Program-made: the position numbers and the translations under genes | Notes under the pieces: model-generated | Told to the model about the DNA's origin: nothing | The model's input: only the letters and a program-made list of their open reading frames with translations | The model's database searches: none | In this document: positions 50,501 through 64,000 of the stretch, piece after piece | Position numbering within the stretch: the stretch's first letter is position 1 | Layout of the letters: each line of letters opens with the position of its first letter | Origin: Geosiphon pyriformis uo1 | Lineage: Eukaryota; Fungi; Glomeromycota | Reading direction: 5' to 3' | Length of the DNA stretch: 64,000 bases | NCBI GenBank assembly: GCA_016748015.1 | Contig: JAAOMT010000597.1 | Span: 434,001 to 498,000, forward strand

Positions 50501-53059
50501 ATTAATCATATAGTATTCCAATAATTAAAAATTTTGCTAAAATTTACACTTAACTTAAAAAAATTTATCAAATTTATATAAAAGTATAATAATAATAATA
50601 ATTATAAAACTTAAAATAAGATTATACAAATATATATAAAAAAAAGCTTTTTTTTTATTTTTTTTTACAATATATTATAATTAAAATAAATAATAGCTTG
50701 AAAGTTTTAATATTTGAAATAAATACAATTTACTAAAAAAAACATTTATTGACTATTTTAGTTTCTTTATAAAAATAATTTTATTGTCAAGTTAATTAAA
50801 AATTTAAATTTGTATTGTTTTTTTTATTATTTCTTTAAACATATTGTATTTTTTTTTTTAAAATTCAAAAATAAGAACTTTTAACTAGTTTGAAAAAATG
50901 AAAACTTGAATTGATTTTTATCATTCTTTTTTTTTATAAAATTTATTATAGCATGCTTTATTTAATATAAATTATTTTAAATTCCAGTTTTAATAAACAT
51001 TATTATAATAGAATTTTTTGAAAGTTATTCTTCAATATGTGTCAAACAAAATATTTTTTTATGTACCAGACCAATAATCTTGATTTCGAAACACATTTAT
51101 AATCAACTTTTATTAAATAATTTTTAAAAAAAACCAAAATTTTTTTTTAAAAAAAAACTATTTTAAATTTTATTTGATCAATAAATTATATATAGGTAAC
51201 GGTTTAATTTTTCAAAAGCTCAAGTAATAATAAATTTTTAATAAATAGGAATTATAAAATTATATTGGTATTATATTCCCTTTGATATAAAATTAATTTA
51301 TGTTTTTCTTCTCTTATTTATCAATGAAATTAAAGAAAGAACTCGTATAAAAAAATTTCATAAAATTAAAAACTCTAAAGACGATATCTTGTCAACTTTC
51401 GTGGTTAAATGATACATATATAATTAATCCTATGAAATCTAAACTCTCCTCAAATAATTTAAATTTTTCAATTATTTCCCAAAAAAGAAAAATTTTCTAT
51501 TTCCAAACAAACATCAATACCTTATCTGTTATCACTGCATAAAAAAATCCTCTTTCTTCATTCCAAAGTTTTTCGGGTGAAAAATCTCGTTTTCTAAACT
51601 GGGACTGCATTATTCTTAGGATTAGATATCATGTCTCTATATTGTTTCAAAAGAGCAATATGTACAGCATACTGTCATTGACATTGAATTTGATACAATG
51701 AGGCTCACTACAGGCTAACCCATCATTTAAGAAAGCTATCTGCATGATGATCAAATGGGTTTTGTGATTTCGTCCGAGGAGAACCTGCATCATTGCAGAC
51801 TGAAAAATTTTGATTTTTCGGTATCAGTAAAATCAATAATCAATTAAAGGTGGACATGTGATGTAATACGAACCGCAAAACCTTGTAATAAAAAGATTCA
51901 CAGATTACTTTAATTTAAAACAATTCGTTTCAGGTTCATTGCTTATTAATATCAATTATGAAGAACGCTTGAAACCTTTGTTTTTATTGTTGATTTCAAC
52001 AATCATTAATTGTTTCATTAAATTAGAATTAGTAAAAGTTTCAAGTTTTTTATATTCAAGTTATTTAAAAGCCTTAAATTGTTTAAGTTGAACTTTGATT
52101 CTGAATTTTGGAAGATTTAGATTTTTTTGGTTTGCTCAAATATTTAATATTCAATATCTAGTTTATAAAATAAAAAATTTCCAATATAAACTTTATAATA
52201 TTAATACACCCCCCCCCCCATAAAAATTTCATCAGTTCTAGACTCTTGGTCTTTTTTGAATGAAACTTTATGCGTGTTGCATGTCAATTGATCTCATCGA
52301 CATTCACTGTTTGATTATCATTCAATTTATAATTAACTTGACAATAAAATTTACCTATGAAAAAAGGATTTTTTCATTTTGGGTGAACAAAGTGTTTTTG
52401 TTTTAACATGGGACCTTGTTCTCATATGGTATTTCACAAACTTGTTACATCAGGTTTTTCAATGCTTTATTGTGATCAATTTTTGGTATTATGCTGAAAA
52501 CTTCTTTTTGAAATTGAGTCATTTTTGCTATGCTGCATATACGAATGATTTCATTTTTGTTCTTTAATGTGATTTTTTAGGATTTGATATATGCAACAAA
52601 AACTAGACAAAGTGAACTTGTGTAACGTCCAAAATATTCTCGCTGTTGCAACCATAGAATATATTCGGGTTGAATTGTTACTCTGATTCTTGCCTGATTT
52701 ATCTGTTTTTTTTCGAGATGCTCAGTTTCGTTCTTCTTTGCTCCCTTGATTCCTTTACTTCATTTTCAAAGTAGAAATTAATTTAATGCAAAATCTCTTC
52801 AACCTATATATTAAACTCCTCTCGATTATTACCAGGAATTTACAAGTATAATTCTTAGTGAGAAGGTTTGATTTTACTTTAGTCAATGCTCAAAAGCTGT
52901 TCAAGTATCACTGTCAAAATTCCGAGGATCTCGACCTTCTTTCCTCGTTCCCTACGGCTTCAAGGCTGCGCATAATTCTTCATGTTAAAATATTATCATA
53001 ATCAGTTTCTAGGGTCCGCCACTCTTCATAACTCTTCATTTTAGAGGGCATGAAGGCCT

Positions 53060-53091
53060 ACAACAACAACAACAACAACAATAATAATAAC

Positions 53092-53123
<32 letters not shown>
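53060..53123. repeat. (AAC)n(AAT)n microsatellite
   Basis: Seen directly. Confidence 0.95.
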
Positions 53124-53124
<1 letters not shown>

Positions 53125-54879
53125 TTTATCATGTACTCTTCTTGGATTTACAAGGTTAGCTAATGCCATAATTTGCGAAAAGCATCATGAACTCTGGAAA
53201 GATGATATTTTCAAAAAATAATTAGAGTGCAGGCCAAAGTCGTGAAGGCAATCTCCAACCATCTTCCCCATTGTGAGTACCCACTTTATATCATCCATTT
53301 TACAATAAGTTTCGTTAAAAATTTCGTAGTCTAAATTTGACATATCTTCGATGTCTGAACTAGTAGTTTGGCAATCCCTTGAACATTATGATCAGAACCT
53401 TGAGTACTGGACACATAGCTAGAATATTGCCGTTGATGAACAACAGAGAGCATATTCAAGGCATTTCTAACCAATCTGCTCGAACTCCAGCATGCCTTGT
53501 GGCTGGTATAAACCAACAATAGGTAAGAATTGTTAAATGGAGCATGCAATCCGTAATAAAACAAAAATTTATATATATATTCGTTGGAGCTTGGCCTTCT
53601 GCTCAAGTACAGACATCTCCATCTCACAAGAGGGATGCGCTCTGAATTTACTTGCTACAACTCTTGGACTAGCTTTAGAGAAAATGAAAAACCAGTAAAC
53701 ACATTCCGTGTCACTTTATCAGTTGTGCAGCCCAGGACAACCCTGGAAAGATGCGCAATAGTACCCAGTACAAATACGCCTCGTGTCCTAACATAATAAA
53801 AAGCATAATGTCGCTTTCAATTTCGAAATTATCTTGACCGACTTCCAAGGAAGGACGCGTGAAGCTAGTGAATGACAACGTCACCCGAACACCAAGCCAA
53901 TATCTGTTATGTCACATTTTCACTGCAGCATGCCCATATAACTCACTATTGACCAAATTTTCTTTGTTCCGTTTAAGAGTTCAAATTTTTTTTCAGGTTA
54001 AAAAAAATAAATAAACAATCGTAATTCAATTTAATTATTATTCGTTAAAAATTTATAAAAATAAAATTTTTTCCGTACATTATTTTTATTACACTTTAAG
54101 AGAAAAATCATCATGATGATGAATTGTGATAATCATGATGATTTCCATTTATGATTTTCAAAGAGTTAATCATTTTTCATGTATCGTAATTGTTATGCAT
54201 TTTTTAGTTTCGATTTCAAAAATCTTTTTAAGCTTTTCTTCTTAATGCATGATATATGATAATGGGAATTTAAATTATTTTCATTTAAAATTAAGCAATT
54301 TTCTGTTTTTGCTTCGATTTGCAAATTGGAAAGTTTCATAATTCAAAGGTATTGCTTACTAAATCACCCCCTTTTTTTTTTATTCAAAAAAGGATCATGA
54401 TATAGAAGAGGAACATAATCTTCCAGGAAATGAAATCGAAATTTCAATAGAAATATTCAGATCCAGAAAAAATTTGACCAAAAAAATAAAATAAAATAAA
54501 ATAAAATATAATAATAAATTTCAAAAATAAAATAAAATAAAAAATTTAATCAAGTTTATAAAAATTTTCTTTTTTCGGTTTATCTCAAATAATCTAGCAA
54601 ATTCCATCAAGATTTCAACTTGTCTTTTTTAAACTTTTTAGAGAATTATTATTATTATTATTATAATTAAATTGCAAAAATTTATAATCACCATCATCGT
54701 CGTCATAATCGTAGTCCTTGAATGTTAAGAATCATTATGACTTTTAAAAAATTAAAATAAAAACGATTTTTTAGGGATTATATGTTGGTTGGATTTCCAT
54801 GGTTTAAATAAGACTCTCAAAACTTTCCGGCAATATTAATTTTAAAATATATATACATACATAACACGCATGTCACATA

Positions 54880-54881
<2 letters not shown>

Positions 54882-54930
<49 letters not shown>
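54882..54930. repeat. (AAT)n microsatellite
   Basis: Seen directly. Confidence 0.95.
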
Positions 54931-54933
<3 letters not shown>

Positions 54934-55045
54934 TGGAAAAACAGTAAATAGACCAGGAGATATCTATTTGTTAATAATATATCATCAGGTGAATTCTAAT
55001 TTCAGATTGAATAGGAAAAACTATTATTCAAGTAAAAAAAAAACA

Positions 55046-55081
<36 letters not shown>

Positions 55082-56678
55082 TGTTATTGTTTTTTCTGAA
55101 TAAAACAAAGAAGTCTAGGATACAAATCAAAATCTTGAAATATACAAGTCATTTTATTTTTTCTTCACTCGGACTAGATCAAAAATAATATCAGATTCAA
55201 TTCCCTTGTTTATTATCATGATATGATGATTCTTTTTAGTTTATATCTTTCGAAAATTTTCAAAAGATGAGGATCCCATAAAAACTTGACCAAAAATCAA
55301 GAATCATACGACAAATGGAAATAAAAAAGAGGGTAGAAAGGATGATCAAATCCCAACAAAGAAAAAAAACTTGAATCCTCAAATAAATTACTAAAAATTG
55401 AATCAAAAAAGTTTTCGAATTGATCAAAAAAGTTCTAATCTCTAGTATTATTATTTTAAATTTACAAACAAAAATAATAGCCCTTTCTTTCGTTTTCTTC
55501 CTCCTCATCCTTCTAACTAAACTCTCTCAGCATTCCCTTTAAACAACCCAAATTAGGAAAAATTGAAAGGAAAAACAAATTTTTTCTTGAATAACAGACA
55601 GAAAACAATATAACAATAATAAGATAAATCACAAACGACTAAAAAATCTTGTCTCCGAAAAAACAAGGATTAGCAGCTAGCTAAAAATTGGCTGGATTCA
55701 AGAGTTCCAAACCCACGAACCGTCTTTTTTTAAAAAAACCATCATTACCATTGGATACATACTCTCTAAAAGTCACCATCAGTAATAATATCAAGAAAAC
55801 CAAGAAAACCATCATAATATTGACATAACCATCACCGTTTCTTGACGTCACATTTGCTGCAGAGTCCGGGTGTTTATGCAAGATGCGTGAGAATGAAACT
55901 AGCTATATTTCAGAGATTGAATCATTGTTGGGTAGAGGATAGACTATGAGTTTGTATTAGCGTGAATTTAATCAATCTTTACGCACAAGTATTCGTCATA
56001 GAGAGAGCTGATAGAGCGGCCTGCTGCGCTTAAATTTTCCCGATATTACCAATTCCGTTTTTTCCCAAAGTGGTGTCAATTTCGGGAACTGCTCACTTGT
56101 GGATTTTCTATACTTGGTGGGAAGATCATGTCTATTGTAACTTTTACAAAAAACCACAACTCGTTAGAGGACGGCAGGGGGTATGATTTATTATAATCAG
56201 ACGCATTTGGAATATTTTTTTCAAAACTCTAACATTCGTTAAAAAATTTCAAGATTAAAAATGTAATAAGATTAAAACCAAAATAGCCCGCATATGCACC
56301 AGACTTCTTGATCAAATAATTAAAATCACCATTTTCAAGTTGAGACGATTTTAATAACTCAATCTCAATTTAATTCGTTTGATTTTCCTTTATCATTGAA
56401 ATTTTTTATTTTTAAGGAAACTTTATGAATCATGCAACGATCATACGGCAAAATATGATTATAATAACTATTAAAACTCAATACGGGCGTGATCATTTAA
56501 ATGCCGTACTTGTGACATGTCCAAATGTTTTTTTTTTTGAGAGATCGTTTCGATAACGGGTGAGAGAGAGGGAGAGAGATAGAAGAGATCAGAAACAGAA
56601 CATTGCGAAATTGGTTACAGAGATAGAAGTAAAAGAACATTATGCATTTTTTTTGGTATGGATTTTTAGTGATGTATA

Positions 56679-56682
<4 letters not shown>

Positions 56683-56741
<59 letters not shown>
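56683..56741. repeat. (TG)n microsatellite
   Basis: Seen directly. Confidence 0.97.
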
Positions 56742-56743
<2 letters not shown>

Positions 56744-57588
56744 ATGAAAAAGTGAAAAATGAAGTTTGATTGTGTGTATGTGCTGCGTGTAAAGTGATTT
56801 TTGCAAAAAATGAAGAAAATAAAATTATGTGTGTATTCACAGTTGTCGTAAACCTATCATCATCGAACATAGAGAATAATGAACACGAGGATTGTATGGT
56901 GAGAAAGAAAAACGAATCAAAGCTATATATTATTATCGCCATATGTAATATTTTTAATCTTGTCATCTACTTGTATGTACAAAGAAAGGATGAAAGAAAG
57001 AACAAGAAAAATGCGTGTATGAAAAAATATGTATTGATTGTAAATGTGTATATGAGTGTATATGAGGATGGAAGGTCGATAATGTTTTTTTTTAAAAAAA
57101 ACTTAGATTGTTCATAGTTAATGATATTTTGATAATTCGAGAAAAAAAAATGATGTGTGTATATGTTTGTCCTTTATATTAAAGAAGATAGGACAATTTG
57201 ATGTCAGTGCTGCGAAAAAAGACAAAAAATTTACAAAAGAAATCTGCGAAAAAAGGAAACGATATTGTTCGTTTGTTTTTGAAGGATGAAAAAAAAGGGA
57301 TGAAAGAATAATGTGTATGAAGTCTATAAGATGTACGGCGATAACCCTATAATATTTTTTTGGTCACGACTAATAATTATTTTTTCTTCTGCTACTGTTC
57401 TTGCTAAGAAATGATGTTGTTATATCGAAAGAAAACCAAGGACACCAAAAAAAAAAAAAAGGTGTCGAGATTTTCCTTGGATTATAGAAAAAAAATACTT
57501 CCCAACTCTTATTCATTTTTTTACCGACACCTTGCCAATCATTTCCACAACAACAAAAAAAATGAATCATCATATCTAAAGATGCTTA

Positions 57589-58815
57589 TTACATCTCAGA
57601 GTATCTCCTGCGTGTCTTCATATTTTGAACTTCGGTCGAGTTACGGCAAGTTTCTTCCATCTTAAAGTGACGTCGAAGAGCGTCTGTTCGAGCAAATGCT
57701 TTACGACAACATGGGCATTGATAAGGCTTAACACCAGTGTGAACTCGAATGTGACGTTGTAAATCGTGTTTGCGAGAGAAAGATCTTGGACACATTGGAC
57801 ATGGATAAGGACGAGCAGGTGAATGAGATCGTAAATGAGCCTTAAGATTATATAATCTGCTAAAGGTCTTTAGACAATCATCATGCGGACACGCGATTGG
57901 TTGAGAGGATGATTGACCTTGGGTGGTGGTGTTAGTGGTGTTGGTAGTAGTAGTGGTAGTGGTAGTAGTAGTAGTAGTAGTAGGATTAGCAGCACGTAAT
58001 TGATGTTGTGACTGCTGATGAATTTGTAATTGAGCCAAACCGTTAGATGTCTGATTCAATGAAGCTGAAGACATACTGTTTTGTGATTGAGCAGGCAAAT
58101 AATCGAAGGTAGAATAAGGATTTTGATTCGTATTGATAGAGTTTGCTGCTGCGTTAACTGAGGCAAATGAAGCAGGCCATAAAGCAGCAGGACCATTATT
58201 ATGATGAGAATTGATAGTAGGGACAAGAGTGGTACCATCGTTGACAGGCTCATAAATTATAAATCTCGTTTGATCATTGATTGGAGAAGAAACGGAAGGA
58301 GTTTGGTCCAATACATTGGGTCCCGTTTGTTGAGTTGGTGCTACTATATTGAAGTAGTGTGGATAATAAATATCTTCAGACAAAGGTAGAATTGGAGAAG
58401 TTTGAGGACCGTAGCTGCTTTCACTACCAGTATCATCATCACATCCAGAATTACAATTTTGATGTTGCTGACATTGTTGATTAGGATGGAAATAGGTTAA
58501 TTGTGGAGCGGTATGGGGCAAATCATAATCATTAAAAGAAACGTTGATTGGAGAAGATTCGGTGCTCGATGATATCGAATCGATTTCATAAGCATTCAAT
58601 CGAAAATCTTCAGTTTTGATCTGAATATTTCCATTCATGTTGTTACGAGTAGACCCGGAAAATTCGGCAAAGGGAGAAGATATTTGTTGAGAGAACAATA
58701 AATTTTGAACAGATTGTTGTGGTGATGATTGACCAGAAGAACTGAGCGAGGGCAAAGAAAGAGAACAATTATCATCAGTATCAATCACAAGTTGTTGTTT
58801 TAGTGGTTGATTGTG

Positions 58816-58880
<65 letters not shown>

Positions 58881-59055
58881 GGTTGTTATTATTATTATTA
58901 TTATTATTATGATAATATTCAGACTTAATGTAATGGGTTGCCTGATTCAATTCCACCTGATGATGATGATAATTGTTGGAAAAATTTTCATAAGAATGAT
59001 TTTCGATGAAAGGCATCGTTAGTAAATAACTATTGTTGGGGGCGAGAGCTGTCAT
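57589..59055 (-). CDS. C2H2 zinc-finger transcription factor, Crz1/Ace2(Swi5)-like finger array, apparently intronless, 488 aa
   Basis: Long intact ORF. Fingers CPHDDC..FSRLYNLKAHLRSH, CPMC..FSRKHDLQRHIRVH, linker TGVKPY and CPCC..FARTDALRRH. N/Q/S/T-rich N-terminus. CpG retained. Confidence 0.93.
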
Positions 59056-59548
59056 GTGTTTAAAACTTTTGAGTGTAAAAAAAAAAGTTGAATATTTTGA
59101 GGTGGTTTAATGGTGGACAAAATATTTCCCAAACCGAAAGTATTTGCTATTGTTATTTCTTGACTGTTATTATTTTTGGTAATATCGTCGTTGACTTGTT
59201 AAAGTTGTATATATCGAAATTGAAAGGAAAAAGAAATCGAATAAGATAATATGATTTTTCAAAAAAGAACCATAAAATTTCGAGAGAAAAGAGACGAAAG
59301 AGAAATATAGCGAAAGTCGAGAACGCTTTTGTTTTAAAAATAGTATTAAAAAACCTTTTTTTTCGTTGAAAGAAGAGAGCAAACGTGAAAAAAGTTTTTT
59401 TGTTTTGTTTTGTTTGTTATTCGTCGAAGAGTGTGGAATAAAAGAAAATATTTTTTTATCTTTTTTTTTGGAGTTGGAGAGTAAGAACAGCGAAAAATTT
59501 TTTGAGTCTGAGGAATGGTAAAAAAAAACAAAGTGGGGCAGGTTGTAT

Positions 59549-59555
59549 TTTTATA
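59549..59555 (-). promoter_or_regulatory. Candidate TATA box of the C2H2 gene
   Basis: TATAAAA on minus ~495 bp upstream of the ATG, followed by a pyrimidine-rich leader. Weak in an AT-rich background. Confidence 0.4.
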
Positions 59556-59860
59556 AATACGAAAAAGAATATTATGAGGGGTTCTATTATTATAGAGTTT
59601 AGAGCACTGTTTCAATTGTAAATATTAAAATAAATTATAAATAGTATTACTATTATAATACATTAAAAAAAAATGTATCATTTAAGTATTTGTAATACTA
59701 TTTTTTATCAAATAGGATGTACGTCAATCGACGGACTGACCTAAGTGGAGACTGAATTTTGAAGGAAAATAAAGAAAAGCTTGATTGAATGCCACCTTAA
59801 ATAGTTTTAAAACTAGTTTTTTTTTTTCAGTGTTGTGTGTTTAGTTGTAGTTGTTGTAGC

Positions 59861-59900
<40 letters not shown>

Positions 59901-60090
59901 GCTAATAATACTTGCTTTTTGTTGATTTCAAGATGGGAGGGAATTTCATCTATATATATATATATATATACAGTTCATTTTTTCTTTTTAAATTTGAAAA
60001 AAAAATTTAGTTTAAAAAATTGGTACTTACTCATTCAATGGGAAATTTTAAATTATAAAATACGCACATCGGATTATCATTTGTTTGTTT

Positions 60091-60143
<53 letters not shown>

Positions 60144-60232
60144 AAAAGAAAAAAAAAGAAGAGTAATTGAGTAACCGATTTTTTTTTTTAAATCAAACAC
60201 TATGTATAAAAAAATCAAATCAGTTACATATA

Positions 60233-60266
<34 letters not shown>

Positions 60267-60291
60267 CATACATATATACATACATACATAC
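59861..60291. repeat. Simple-repeat cluster: (GTT)n ~59861-59900, poly(A) ~60092-60141, (TACA)n ~60229-60291
   Basis: Seen directly. Confidence 0.92.
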
Positions 60292-62422
60292 ATTCATATA
60301 CATAGACATATATACTTACTTACATATTTACTCACATATTTTACTTAGATATTTTACTTAGATACTTAATAAATCCTTTTCACATCAAATCTCATTCTTT
60401 ACATATTATTTAACGAAATTTTTTTCAATATTGATAAATTATATTTTTTTTTTTGTTATTTATCATTATAAATATAAATCAAACTTTGGAATTTAATTTA
60501 ATTTTTAATTTAAATAAAGTATAATAAGAATATATCTTTTATAAATCATATTAGATTTTGATTAAAATATAATTTATTTTTTTTTGAGAACCGAAAAATA
60601 ATTTTATAATTAATTAATTAATGTAAAAAAAATCAATAGTAAAAAAAAGAAGAAGATGAAGTTAAAATTTTTATTACTTCTTTTTTGTATTTTGATTAAA
60701 CTTTATTCACTTCAAAGTCTTATTTTCAAAAAAAAGAAATTAATATATATATATATATATTAATATAAATTAGATTCTTAAAATTTACAAAAAATAATAA
60801 TATATATATATATATATATGTAATAATTTAATGAATAAATTTTTTGGCTTTTTTTAAAGTTAAAAAATTTTTATATTAACAAAATTTTTAATTTTTCAAT
60901 ATAATATAGTTTATTAAAAAAAAACGTTGCCAAATTAATGGTTAAAAATTTATTAAGATTGAACAATTAAAATTGTATTCCCAAATATCTGAAACCTTAT
61001 CCTCTAAAAAAGAAATATATCAATTTATACATATATATATCATAGTATAAAAATTTAAAATTTATTAAGAAACCTATTCTAAAAAAATATATATATAATA
61101 TAGAAATTCAGACAATTGAAAATCAGATCTAATATAAATAACCCTTGCATTTCTTTTTTAAAAATTTTCCATGATACAATGTATTGTGAGATAAGATCAA
61201 CAGGAAAATTTTCCCTATTTGAGTGAATGCTTAAATGGTATGTTTTTAATTCATGCTTCTCATAATGATCACGAAATTTGTAATCTTCAAAACTTTTTAG
61301 AAAAAAACGTGAAAAAAAACTTGAAATTTCCAATTAATCTATTGGTCACAAGGTTTTTTTTTTGACATCCTCATATATTATATCTTTTGATTCGACATTG
61401 ATGTTAAGTTTGTCAAACTCCGAGACTGTTCCATCAAATAAAAATTAATGAAGGGTTGAACGAGAAAGACAAAGAAAAATTTCTTTTATTTATCCGTTTA
61501 AATGATATTAAAATTTTTAACGAATCCTAGATATATAAAATTAATAAGTTATCCACCTGGATCCACATTCACCCACCAATTCACCAAATAAAGTAAAGTA
61601 ACAAAAACAAAAAGGCAATTTCTTTGTTTGAATAATTTCTAAAATTAATTATAAGAATTCAGTGAAACAACTTTTTTAAAAATTAAACCGGAAAAACGTG
61701 ACGAAAAATATTAATTTTTTTTTTTCAAATAGTTTACATATTATTTAATTTTGAATAACTTTTATTACTTTCCTTTTAAAGACTTTTTTTTTTCTCCAAA
61801 GTTTATTTATATGTATACATACCATCATGAATTTTAATATTTAGTCAGAGGGGAGTCATTCTAAATGATGCAGGGCCTATCCTTTTTGAACTTTAATATA
61901 TCAAATAGATATATAATGATAAAAAATTTGATATTATCGTGTATTCATCAATCATAATAGCAACGGAAATCATCATCATAATCATCATCATAATCATCAT
62001 CATAATCATCATCATCATCATCCAAACAACAACGTCAAGAAATCTTTTTACCGCTGCAAAGTAATCTGTAGCCGTCCACGCGACATCAGGTAGCAGGTTA
62101 AGCATAATAGAGACACGGATTAGATTCTAGAGCATCTTTTAAGAAAAAAACAAAATTTTCTTTTATTAATAATTTTTCCCAATGATTAAAATGGCAATTT
62201 ATGTTAAATATAAAAACTCCACATGGTATTACCCTTGCACGAATAACATAATCAAGACTTGACATTTATTTATTAAGGGAGGTCAGGAGAAATAGTCAAA
62301 GAAGACTGGCTTAAAGTCTACACACAAAATTAATCATTTATTAAACACATGGCTTATTTTGTTCGTTTAACCTTTTGTCGATATATCCGATCTTTTGGAT
62401 TAAAAAATCTCTTTTTATTCTC

Positions 62423-62581
62423 TGACTCATTTGTTTTTTAGTGAGACGCTAACCCCTGAGTTGCGTGATATTTTTGTTGACAAAATTTTTCAAAACTAAG
62501 TGAATGACCAAAGAATTTGTAGACCCAGAAAAAAAGAAGAAAATTTAGAAGTTGAGTCATTTTTTACTCAATGGTGAGTCA
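62423..62581. promoter_or_regulatory. Cluster of AP-1/Gcn4-type TGASTCA sites
   Basis: TGACTCA at 62423, TGAGTCA at 62553, TTACTCA at 62564 and TGAGTCA at 62575. Confidence 0.5.
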
Positions 62582-62617
62582 ATCAGAGTTTTTCGTAAAG
62601 TGTTTCATATTTTAAAA

Positions 62618-62652
<35 letters not shown>

Positions 62653-62945
62653 ACTGCTAATATACACAAGCTTCCTCTTCTTCTACTTCTTCTTTTTCAT
62701 TTCTCAGAAATTTCGATTCAGATCTTAATCACGGACCAACCAAACATTAACTCACGTACACGACCAGTTCACAAGCCAAGAAATGATCAAAAAAAGTTCT
62801 TTCCCTGGGAACGTATCAAAATTTCTCATATTGAAGAAAAAATATAGATAAAAAAAACTGGACTTCAATAAAATCGTTCAAAATTTCTCTTCCCAAATGT
62901 TTATTCAGATTTCATTGATGTTAAAAATTTTTAAACGATGTCAAA

Positions 62946-62976
<31 letters not shown>

Positions 62977-63437
62977 TATTATTATTATTATTGTTGTTGT
63001 TGTTGTTGTTGTTTATGGATTCGAACCATTATTGTTAATTTGAATGTGTTTATAACTTCATTTTTCTTGGTATTAAAAAAAATAAAAATAAAAAAAAAGA
63101 TAGTTCACGCGCGTTTCAAAAACTCTCTGCAAAAAGTTTTATTGAACTCCTTCAGAGTTGGTCAAAAATTTCAATAATTAATTTTTGTCCACGTTCCCAG
63201 AGAGGTATTTCTATAAAGAAGAATACCAATGAAGTCAGAAATTAAAAATCAACACGCACGTGGGGAAACAAAAAATCAGGGATCATTTAACCTTAAAATT
63301 TTTAATCTATTTTTTTGAAACATCTTTATTATGACAATGGTTTTGATAAATGATAAACGTAAGACAATGGTTATAATGATATTAATTGATAAACATTTAA
63401 GTATGACAGTGTAGCTATATATATATTAAATTCTCAT

Positions 63438-63439
<2 letters not shown>

Positions 63440-63474
<35 letters not shown>

Positions 63475-63543
63475 TTGATGATGCTGTTGATGATGATGAT
63501 GATGATGATGATGATGTTGATGTTGATGTTGATGATAATAATA
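63440..63543. repeat. (AAT)n/(GAT)n compound microsatellite
   Basis: Seen directly. Confidence 0.9.
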
Positions 63544-64000
63544 ACCCGAAATGTGATTCTGCATTAAAATATATACCAATGAGCGATGACAAAAAGTGAA
63601 GTTTATTTAAAATTCAGTCTGAACGTGAGCGGGAGAGTTTTTTTCTTTTTTTAAAGAGCGCGATATTTCTCACTGGTGTGGTTCTTTCGCGTAACCATTG
63701 GAACAAAGAACTAGAATAGGTGGCCCAATTGCAACGAACCACAAATGAGCGATTGTTGCATGTTAATTTTTGAGGTGACGAAATCAAATCTTTTGGGACT
63801 TTATATGCGTGAATATGTACATATGTGTGATGTAATAACAAACAACTAAGAATCCATTCCACTTTTGGAAATTTTATATTCATAAATAATTAACTTTAAA
63901 ACTGGAAAGGCTTCAATAATGAATAAATTCAAATATAGTGTGAGATGGCGTGACCTGAACCAAAAACATTATCTACCGAGTTCTAGTTTAATAGTCAGTC

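Noticed and set aside
51745-51800. Hammerhead ribozyme (GGACGAAA on minus)
   Set aside because: No CUGAnGA core with a matching stem II.
52600-53950. Higher-GC patch with short ORFs (53331-53627, 53584-53796)
   Set aside because: No recognisable protein motif or convincing exon structure. It could be a pseudogene or lncRNA, but I cannot support that.
59835-63177. Low-complexity ORFs (poly-V, poly-K, poly-M, poly-I/C)
   Set aside because: Translations of microsatellites.

Overview
AT-rich eukaryotic DNA, most likely fungal. The TE proteins resemble, from memory and unverified, those of Glomeromycotina such as Geosiphon. Bases 1 to ~49,500 are a nested cluster of dead retrotransposons whose insertion order can be read from target-site duplications (TSDs). 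An old, heavily C>T/G>A-decayed LINE (+) was hit by two ORF1-only LINE derivatives and a 5'-truncated LINE. One ORF1-only element was split by Gypsy-1 (9019-37458, TSD ATGT). The 5' LTR of Gypsy-1 was split by a full-length APE-RT-RNaseH LINE (18908-36800). ORF1 of that LINE was split by a solo LTR (24475-25438, TSD ATGT) and by full-length Gypsy-2 (25759-35876, TSD GCTC). All three Gypsy copies carry an unrecognised Cys-rich domain and a dUTPase in front of RT, and the two complete copies share a homologous extra ORF behind integrase. From ~51,300 the DNA is unique, CpG-containing and microsatellite-rich. It holds one intact gene, a 488-aa Crz1/Ace2-like C2H2 zinc-finger transcription factor (57589-59055, -). 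Boundaries without a TSD are approximate. Translations of decayed copies were read by eye.
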